A DNA stretch of 64,000 nt from Candidatus Parcubacteria bacterium (GTDB lineage Bacteria; Patescibacteriota; Patescibacteriia; Patescibacteriales; UBA12075). A program made the position numbers and the translations under genes. Where the stretch lies: positions 1,067,263 to 1,131,262 of the forward strand of contig CAWFCE010000002.1 of the NCBI GenBank assembly GCA_963814275.1, in the 5' to 3' direction. The notes below the pieces were generated by a model that saw only the letters and a list, made by a program, of their open reading frames with translations, did not search any database and was not told the origin of the DNA. Below, piece by piece: positions 57,636 through 64,000 of this stretch (positions are counted from its first letter, which is position 1; each line of letters starts with the position of its first letter).

Positions 57636-58562
57636 ATGCAAAGTAAAGAAACTACCAATTTTAGTGAATTCCTAAAAAAACTATACTGGTCTGAATTGGC
57701 CGGTTTTAATATTTATCGGCATTTCCGGTCATTAAACAGTTCAGCCCATCACGCGGAAAAGCGCCGGCCAGACAATTCCTTTAAAACTGCTATCGACATG
57801 CATTTAGCCAGTTGTAACAGCGACCCGATTGATCCGGATGAGTATTCTTCATCCAATTGGCTTGAGACAGTTAAACTGCAAAAAGAATTGTTAATCGCAA
57901 AACCCACTGTCGGGCGTAACGCAAAAGAATATTTCAACAGTGAACTTAACCCGCACGCCCATATAAGCAAACTTTTTGCCCAGCCGCAGGCTCCGGTTTT
58001 TAAGGCTAAGATGAAAAAAAAGGAGATTGCGCTAATGGCGCCGATAATGGCCAAGGCCGTAGGTGCGATCGCGGTAGCCGTGGTTATGACAATCGCCATT
58101 AGCCATTCTGCCCCCGCTACGGGTGTGGCAATAACCCAATCAATCGACCGCCTGCTCGTAAACCCAATTTTCACGGTTACCTATATCTTTGGCGGCGAAC
58201 AAGCCCAGGCGCTTGTCAAACCCTCAGACCTGCCGCAAAATTTACGTCCCTCGGCAATAAACAAGCCAATCGATAAAAACGTACTGAAATCATACATAAT
58301 GGACAACCAGGGCAAACTGAACGGGAAAACAGATGGCGAAATGGTTTACATAGTCAAGCCGAACGAACTGGACGGCCGCGTTGCCGGGAAAACCATATTT
58401 CAAGGTGATGAACCCAGCTCCGCGCTTATCTCACTATCAACCAGCGATGACTCAGGATGGCAGGTAAAAAAATCCCTCAAAAACTTTTTGCATCATACGG
58501 TTATATTACAGAAAGATTTAGCCGATAAATTAGAAACAAGCCTAATGAATTTGTTCGAATAA
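57636..58562 (+). CDS. hypothetical protein with one central TM segment
   Basis: 308-aa ORF with TM IALMAPIMAKAVGAIAVAVVMTIAIS. No motif recognised. Confidence 0.35.
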   Translation: MQSKETTNFSEFLKKLYWSELAGFNIYRHFRSLNSSAHHAEKRRPDNSFKTAIDMHLASCNSDPIDPDEYSSSNWLETVKLQKELLIAKPTVGRNAKEYFNSELNPHAHISKLFAQPQAPVFKAKMKKKEIALMAPIMAKAVGAIAVAVVMTIAISHSAPATGVAITQSIDRLLVNPIFTVTYIFGGEQAQALVKPSDLPQNLRPSAINKPIDKNVLKSYIMDNQGKLNGKTDGEMVYIVKPNELDGRVAGKTIFQGDEPSSALISLSTSDDSGWQVKKSLKNFLHHTVILQKDLADKLETSLMNLFE

Positions 58563-58679
58563 GATTCCGGATCATATACTGAATTTCAGCGATTTATCCA
58601 TTGTCCAAGGGCCGCCTATTAATATCCAATTTCCCCGCGATGCGACTTGGGAACGGCTAATTATCAATTTCCCCAAATT

Positions 58680-58750
58680 TTGACTTTTGCGCTAAAATAT
58701 CGTAGAATATCATTGTAGGCCAGATGCTTAATAAGCATCTTTTTGGTTTT
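58680..58750 (+). promoter_or_regulatory. candidate promoter followed almost at once by a terminator-like hairpin, upstream of lysS
   Basis: TTGACT (58680-58685), 17 nt, TAGAAT (58703-58708). Then agatgctt-aat-aagcatct plus ttttggtttt. Confidence 0.3.
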
Positions 58751-58842
58751 AAAAATTATACAAACCGATAAACATAAGCGTAAATATCGCAAAATTATAC
58801 TACAAAGATAAAGCTGCTTGGGAAATAAAATAAGATAATTAT

Positions 58843-60942
58843 ATGGATAATACAAAAAGAAGCGAATACGAAGAAAGAAAAATCAAATTGGCCGAATTAA
58901 AAAAGCGGGGGATTGAACCTTATCCCGCGCAGGCGTATCGCAGCCATTACATTAATTCGGTTCTGGAAGGATTCAACAAGCTTCAGGAAGACAAAACGAT
59001 AATTACGATCGTAGGGCGTATCAGAAGCATGCGCGGGCATGGCGGTCTTACTTTTGTCCACGTCGAGGATGTCTCGGGGAAATGCCAAGTGGCAGTATCG
59101 AAAAAAGAGATCGGCAACGAACCGTATGCTGATTTCGGTAAATTGGTGGACATCGGGGATTTTGTGGAAGTTTCCGGCTATTGTTTTGTTACCCAAAAGG
59201 GCGAGCTAACTATCATGGCGCAGAAGTGGCGGCTTCTTGCCAAATCACTTCGTCCGCTGCCGGACAAATGGCATGGTTTGAAGGATGAAGAAGAGCGCCT
59301 TCGCAAACGTTATTTGGACATAATTTTCGATTCTGAATTAAAAGTTATGATCCAAAAAAAGGCCCTGTTCTGGCAATCGGTCAGGAATTTCATGCTGGCT
59401 AAGGGATTTATCGAGGTGGAAACGCCGGTATTGGAAGTAACGACCGGCGGAGCCGACGCCCGGCCTTTCGCTACCCACCACAATGCCCTGGATATGGACA
59501 TTTATCTGCGTATTTCCATGGGTGAACTGTGGCAGAAGCGGCTGATGGTAGCGGGACTGGAAAAAACCTTCGAGATCGGACGGCAATTCCGCAACGAAGG
59601 CATGGACGCGGAGCATCTGCAGGACTATACGCAAATGGAATTTTATTGGGCTTATGCCGATTACGGAAAGGGGATGGATCTGGTCGAAGAACTTTATAAA
59701 TACGTCGCGCGGGAAACTTTCGGTACGCTTAAGTTCAGGATCGGTAAGCATGATATCGATCTCGGCAAACCATGGGAAAAATACGATTATCGCGATACCG
59801 TAAAAAAATACACCGGAATTGACATTCTGAAGTCTGATGTTAACGAGATCGAAAGAAAACTTAAGGAATTGGGCGTGAATTACGATAAAAAGGGGTGGAA
59901 CATCACCCGGGCAATCGATAACCTTTGGAAGTATTGCCGCAAGCATATCAGCGGTCCCGGCTTTCTCACGGGAATTCCGGTAACGGTCAGCCCGCTAGCC
60001 AAAAAAATGCCTGATAACCCGGAATTGACCCAGCGCTTCCAGCCGATAATCGCCGGCAGTGAACTGGGAAACGGTTATAGCGAACTGAATGATCCTCTCG
60101 ACCAGGCCGAACGCTTTTCCGGACAACAAAGATTGCGTGACGCCGGAGATGACGAAGCGCAGATGTTCGATCCGGAATTTGTAGAAGCTCTGGAATATGG
60201 TATGCCGCCAACCTGCGGATTCGGCATGAGCGAACGGGTGTTTTCCTTTCTTATGAATAAATCCATGAGAGAATGCCAGATATTTCCATTATTGCGGCCA
60301 GACGGACGCAATACCGATAAACACGGATTGGAGACGGATATACACGGATTAAATACACAGGAACTGGGACTTGATTACGAACATGCGATAAAATTAGTTG
60401 ACAAGCAGATCAACGACCCGATCACGAAAATGCATTTACTGGAAACGGAAGTAATCATGCGCGCCCTGGCCAAGGAATTCGGTGAAGATGAAGAAAAGTG
60501 GGGGATTGTCGGCCTGCTCCATGATATCGATTGGGATCTGACCAAAAACGACGTCAAGAATCATACGATAAAGGCGGTTGATATACTGAAACAAGCCGGC
60601 GGCAGTGATTATCTCATTGAATCGGTTGTTTCCCACGCCTACGGCAACCAGGACTGCGGCGAACATCCGGACAAATCCCGATCCACCAAGCTTCACCATT
60701 CATTGGCGGCGGCTGAAACACTGACCGGCTTGATCGCGGCCAGCGCCCTGGTCCAGCCGGATAAAAAACTTAAGAGTGTCAAACCTGAATCGCTTAAGAA
60801 AAAATTCAAGCAAAAATCCTTTGCCGCCAACTGTAACCGCGAGTTGATCAGGGAAATCGAAAAGACCGGCTTATCCCTGGATGAATTCCTGAAACTGGGA
60901 CTAAAGGCATTGCAGGGCATAGCCGATAAATTAGGTTTATAA
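58843..60942 (+). CDS. lysS: lysine--tRNA ligase (class II) fused to a C-terminal HD/HDIG-domain phosphohydrolase
   Basis: The LysRS body runs to ~aa 485 (OB fold, FRNEGMDAEHLQDYTQMEFY, GMPPTCGFGMSERV). After a linker, the HD domain follows (VGLLHDIDWD, VSHAYG). Confidence 0.85.
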   Translation: MDNTKRSEYEERKIKLAELKKRGIEPYPAQAYRSHYINSVLEGFNKLQEDKTIITIVGRIRSMRGHGGLTFVHVEDVSGKCQVAVSKKEIGNEPYADFGKLVDIGDFVEVSGYCFVTQKGELTIMAQKWRLLAKSLRPLPDKWHGLKDEEERLRKRYLDIIFDSELKVMIQKKALFWQSVRNFMLAKGFIEVETPVLEVTTGGADARPFATHHNALDMDIYLRISMGELWQKRLMVAGLEKTFEIGRQFRNEGMDAEHLQDYTQMEFYWAYADYGKGMDLVEELYKYVARETFGTLKFRIGKHDIDLGKPWEKYDYRDTVKKYTGIDILKSDVNEIERKLKELGVNYDKKGWNITRAIDNLWKYCRKHISGPGFLTGIPVTVSPLAKKMPDNPELTQRFQPIIAGSELGNGYSELNDPLDQAERFSGQQRLRDAGDDEAQMFDPEFVEALEYGMPPTCGFGMSERVFSFLMNKSMRECQIFPLLRPDGRNTDKHGLETDIHGLNTQELGLDYEHAIKLVDKQINDPITKMHLLETEVIMRALAKEFGEDEEKWGIVGLLHDIDWDLTKNDVKNHTIKAVDILKQAGGSDYLIESVVSHAYGNQDCGEHPDKSRSTKLHHSLAAAETLTGLIAASALVQPDKKLKSVKPESLKKKFKQKSFAANCNRELIREIEKTGLSLDEFLKLGLKALQGIADKLGL

Positions 60943-60956
60943 ATACCAGCGTTTAT

Positions 60957-61349
60957 ATGGCTACTTCCGTGGGCGCAATCATAAGAAACAGTGAGGGAAA
61001 AATCCTGTTGATTGACCGTATTAACCCGCCCTACGGCTGGGCCGGTCCAGCCGGCCATGTCGATCCCGGCGAAACACCGGTAAAGGCAATAGCCAGGGAA
61101 GTAGCGGAAGAAGTTGGCTTAAAAATATCAAATATTAAGGAAATTATCCATGAATATGTGCCCTGGAATAACTGCCGAAACCATCAGGGCCACGATTGGT
61201 TTGTTTATGGGGCAGGGGAGTGGTCCGGTAATTTGCAGGCCCAGGAGAATGAAGTCAAAAATGCAAAGTGGATATCCCCGGATGAATTAAACAGTTTGGC
61301 ATTGGAACCGGTTTGGAAATTTTGGTTTGAGAAACTAAAAATTATCTAA
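60957..61349 (+). CDS. NUDIX hydrolase
   Basis: Nudix box GHVDPGETPVKAIAREVAEEVGL. Confidence 0.8.
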   Translation: MATSVGAIIRNSEGKILLIDRINPPYGWAGPAGHVDPGETPVKAIAREVAEEVGLKISNIKEIIHEYVPWNNCRNHQGHDWFVYGAGEWSGNLQAQENEVKNAKWISPDELNSLALEPVWKFWFEKLKII

Positions 61350-61357
61350 TATTGTTT

Positions 61358-61768
61358 ATGAAAATTACGATAAGCGGCAGTATGCATTTTGCCCAAGACA
61401 TGTTGGATGCACAGGCCTTTCTACAAAAAAATGGCCATCAGGTGCTAGTGCCTTTATTTACCGACGAATGCGTAACCAAACCTGATTTAAACAGCGATTT
61501 TGATTTTTTGACCGAAAATGACTGCATGATGGACCATTTCCGGAAAATTCAGGATAGCGAAGCGGTATTGGTGATCAATAATAAGCGCCGCGGCATCTCC
61601 GGTTATATCGGCGGCAGCACCCTGATGGAGATCGGCATTGCCAAATTCTTGGGTAAAAAAATTTATATTTTAAACGAACTGCCGGATGACAAGGAGCTGC
61701 CTTATATCTTTGAAGTTAAACTGACGCGGCCTGTCATATTAAATAGTGATTTGAGTAAAATTGTATGA
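61358..61768 (+). CDS. nucleoside 2-deoxyribosyltransferase-like superfamily protein (paralog 1), tentative
   Basis: MKITISGSM..., VLVINNKRRGISGYIGGSTLMEIGIAKFLGKKIYIL fits the GT-x-x-E-x-G-x-A...KP-hydrophobic pattern of that fold. Confidence 0.4.
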   Translation: MKITISGSMHFAQDMLDAQAFLQKNGHQVLVPLFTDECVTKPDLNSDFDFLTENDCMMDHFRKIQDSEAVLVINNKRRGISGYIGGSTLMEIGIAKFLGKKIYILNELPDDKELPYIFEVKLTRPVILNSDLSKIV

Positions 61769-62229
61769 AAATCGTAATCTGCGGCAGTATATTATTCACG
61801 GAAGATATCCGTAAAATATCGGCAGAACTAAAATCAGCCGGCCATCAGACGGAAATTCCCTTGACCAGCCAGAAAATAATCAGCGGCGAATTGACAATGG
61901 ACGAATTCAAAAAAGAAAAAGAATCAAATGGCGACAGCTCATTCAGAAAAATACAGGATGACGTCATAAAAAGATATTACGATTTAATCGCTGATTCTGA
62001 CTGTGTGCTGGTGATAAATATCGAAAAAAACGGTATTCCGGGATATATCGGCGGCAACACTTTTCTGGAAATGGGCTTTGCGCATGTGTTGAATAAGCCT
62101 ATCTATCTCTTGAACCAAATCCCTGATATGGGCTACCGCGACGAAATAGTCGCCATGCGGCCGATTGTCATAAATAATGATTTAAATAAAATAAATTCAA
62201 GCGCCGAAAAACGAGCACAAGAAATCTAG
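61765..62229 (+). CDS. nucleoside 2-deoxyribosyltransferase-like superfamily protein (paralog 2), tentative
   Basis: MKIVICGSI..., VLVINIEKNGIPGYIGGNTFLEMGFAHVLNKPIYLL. 4-nt ATGA overlap with paralog 1. Confidence 0.4.
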   Translation: MKIVICGSILFTEDIRKISAELKSAGHQTEIPLTSQKIISGELTMDEFKKEKESNGDSSFRKIQDDVIKRYYDLIADSDCVLVINIEKNGIPGYIGGNTFLEMGFAHVLNKPIYLLNQIPDMGYRDEIVAMRPIVINNDLNKINSSAEKRAQEI

Positions 62230-62264
62230 GACAGCTAGCTTGCGCCGGGCGCTTAATTCCATTT

Positions 62265-63578
62265 ATGCTGGACATAAAATATATCCGCGAAAATGCCGAA
62301 AAGGTCAAAATAGCGGCAAAAAACAAGAATATTAAGGTTGATATTGACCGGCTATTGGCGCTGGACGAAGAGAGAAGGAAAATTATGACGGATACGGACG
62401 CCTTGAGGACAAAAAGAAACGAACTGGCCAAAGCGGGGAAGGGCGGCCGTCCGACGGAAGATCAGATAAACGAAGGCAAGCGCCTTAAAAACGAAGTGAC
62501 TGCGAGTGAAGAAAGCCTCAGGGCGATGGATGAGGAATATATGGAATTGATGGCGAAGGTGCCGACCGTGCCATCACCCGATACCCCGGTCGGTAAAGAC
62601 GAAACTGAAAATGTCGAAGTCTGCAAATGGGGTGAACCGACGAAATTCGATTTCACGCCGAAAAGCCATATCGAACTGGGCAAAGACCTGGACCTGATCG
62701 ACTTTGACCGCGGGGTAAAAGTATCCGGCTATCGCGGATATTACCTGAAGAACGAAGGGGCGGCTTTGCAAATCGCCATCATGATGTATGCCTTGCACAA
62801 ACTCATCGCCAAAGGCTTCACTCCGGTGATACCGCCGACGCTGGTACGCGAAAACGTGCTCTTCGGTTCCGGTTATTTTGCCGGTAAAACCTATAATCCG
62901 GAAATTGATGAAATATATAAAATTGCCAATACCGAAATGGAGGCTGACGGGAACAACAATAAAGAAGATAAATTCCTGATCGGAACTGCGGAGCCGTCCT
63001 TGCTCGCTTATTATTCCAATGAGATCCTGTCCGAAAGCCAATTGCCGACTAAATTCTGCGGCTTTTCCCAGTGCTACCGTTCTGAGATCGGCTCCTACGG
63101 CAAGGATACAAAAGGAATGTACCGCGTCCATGAATTCATGAAAGTCGAACAAGTCTGTTTGGCGCCGGCTGATGTCGATGTGGCGGATAAGCTCCACGAA
63201 GAGATGGTGTCGATCTCGCAAGAACTCCACGAAGAGCTTGGCTTGCCTTATCGCAAGCTCATGATCTGTACCGGGGACATGAGCGCCGGAAAATACAAAA
63301 TGTACGATCTGGAAGCTTGGATTCCGAGCCGGAACGGATATGGCGAGACTGGTTCGGCCAGCAATTTCCTGGACTGGCAGGCCCGCCGGCTCAATGTACG
63401 CTATCGCACGGCAGAAGGGGATATTAAGCATGTATACATGATAAACAATACAGCGCTTGCCACTCCTCGAACTATTATCGCAATCCTGGAAAATAACCAA
63501 AACAAGGATGGTTCCGTAAATATTCCGGGGGTACTCAGGCAATATATGCCCGGAAATCTTGCTTTGATCAAAAGATAG
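62265..63578 (+). CDS. serS: serine--tRNA ligase
   Basis: MLDIKYIRENAEKV, the coiled-coil arm, FSQCYRSEIGSYGKDTKGMYRVHEF, and TALATPRTIIAILENNQ. Confidence 0.9.
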   Translation: MLDIKYIRENAEKVKIAAKNKNIKVDIDRLLALDEERRKIMTDTDALRTKRNELAKAGKGGRPTEDQINEGKRLKNEVTASEESLRAMDEEYMELMAKVPTVPSPDTPVGKDETENVEVCKWGEPTKFDFTPKSHIELGKDLDLIDFDRGVKVSGYRGYYLKNEGAALQIAIMMYALHKLIAKGFTPVIPPTLVRENVLFGSGYFAGKTYNPEIDEIYKIANTEMEADGNNNKEDKFLIGTAEPSLLAYYSNEILSESQLPTKFCGFSQCYRSEIGSYGKDTKGMYRVHEFMKVEQVCLAPADVDVADKLHEEMVSISQELHEELGLPYRKLMICTGDMSAGKYKMYDLEAWIPSRNGYGETGSASNFLDWQARRLNVRYRTAEGDIKHVYMINNTALATPRTIIAILENNQNKDGSVNIPGVLRQYMPGNLALIKR

Positions 63579-63730
63579 AATTTCGCAATATCTTTGCCAA
63601 GAGGACCTTCCTTAACGCCATTAGTGCGCTTAAATGATATTACTTAAACCCTATCCTCAAGAATATTTACCTAATTCCAAAACAGCTTCAAATCTTCGGT
63701 TGCAGATGACAGGTAAAATAATCAAACGCT

Positions 63731-64000
63731 ATGTACAAGATCGAAAGCCGGCATAATCCGGGACATATCCGCGTCAAAGGCCGGCTGCAGTACGGTTCCA
63801 AAACTTACCATAACCCATTTTTTTCCAAATCAAAAAAACAGTCCCCGCTGCAGCGCCGCTTTTATATTTCCCGTAATATTAAAATTATCGCCGCCGTCTG
63901 CTTCCTGGCGATAATCGGCGGGCTCAGCTATTTATTTACCGCCGGCTATTTTTCGATCACCGATATCGTGATCACCGGTGAAGGCAGGGTCGACCAGGAC
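63731..64000 (+). CDS. FtsQ/DivIB-like cell division protein, N-terminal part (runs off the window)
   Basis: Hand translation from ATG 63731 gives MYKIESRHNP...IIAAVCFLAIIGGLSYLF (TM) then FSITDIVITGEGRV, which looks like a POTRA start. Confidence 0.35.
   Translation, partial: MYKIESRHNPGHIRVKGRLQYGSKTYHNPFFSKSKKQSPLQRRFYISRNIKIIAAVCFLAIIGGLSYLFTAGYFSITDIVITGEGRVDQD

Noticed and set aside
58664-58855. 63-aa minus-strand ORF upstream of lysS, and AT-rich ORFs at 37947-38132 and 38250-38450
   Set aside because: They have low-complexity, AT-driven translations, overlap promoter or leader sequence, and show no motifs or plausible ribosome-binding context.

Overview
This window is 64 kb of a compact bacterial chromosome read in the standard code. 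Spot counts of single 60-nt lines give about 50% G+C for the core. The gene content is reminiscent of Patescibacteria/CPR, but that placement is inference only: a DUF4012 giant protein, GT-C/GT4 envelope genes, salvage-type nucleotide metabolism, and many lineage-specific membrane proteins.

Layout:
- 1-6140 (minus): a thymidylate/deoxynucleotide super-operon of tmk-dUTPase-like, two P-loop kinases, Nudix, folA, thyA, dcd and dCMP deaminase. Its last gene is interrupted by a 141-bp in-frame tandem repeat.
- 6519-8792 (minus): rplA-rplK-nusG-secE.
- 9097-12671: an Fe-S assembly locus (Rrf2 regulator, IscU, Nfu, frameshifted NifS) with an L,D-transpeptidase inserted in it.
- 13034-18970: envelope genes (polytopic membrane proteins, CDP-alcohol phosphatidyltransferase, GT4).
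- 19095-25173: DUF4012 protein, VirD4/HerA-like ATPase and an acidic protein.
- 25406-28137: dnaX, then a SET-domain protein and a Cys-rich ORF.
- 28378-38556: tRNA-Gln(CUG) followed by four reiterations of its 3' end. These bound a visibly AT-rich island (about 30% G+C by spot count) carrying a seven-gene Asp/Asn-centred cassette with an orphan class-IIb aaRS paralog, an ANL adenylase and a GNAT.
- 38976-40054: an IS30-family element.
- 40190-64000: glycosyltransferase, MerR/TipA-like regulator, Pat-like acetyltransferase next to acs, gyrB, rodA/ftsW, rplY, DUF3048, prmC-prfA-rpmE, a LysRS-HD fusion with a Nudix and two deoxyribosyltransferase-like paralogs, serS, and an FtsQ-like start.

A recurring oddity is a family of short-period (7-8 nt) simple-repeat tracts. 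They occur as inverted pairs around gene ends and, in two cases, inside coding regions.

The best candidate for a new system is the tRNA-Gln island cargo. The next candidates are the 141-bp repeat that splits the dCMP deaminase and the LysRS-HD/Nudix/NDT-like cluster.
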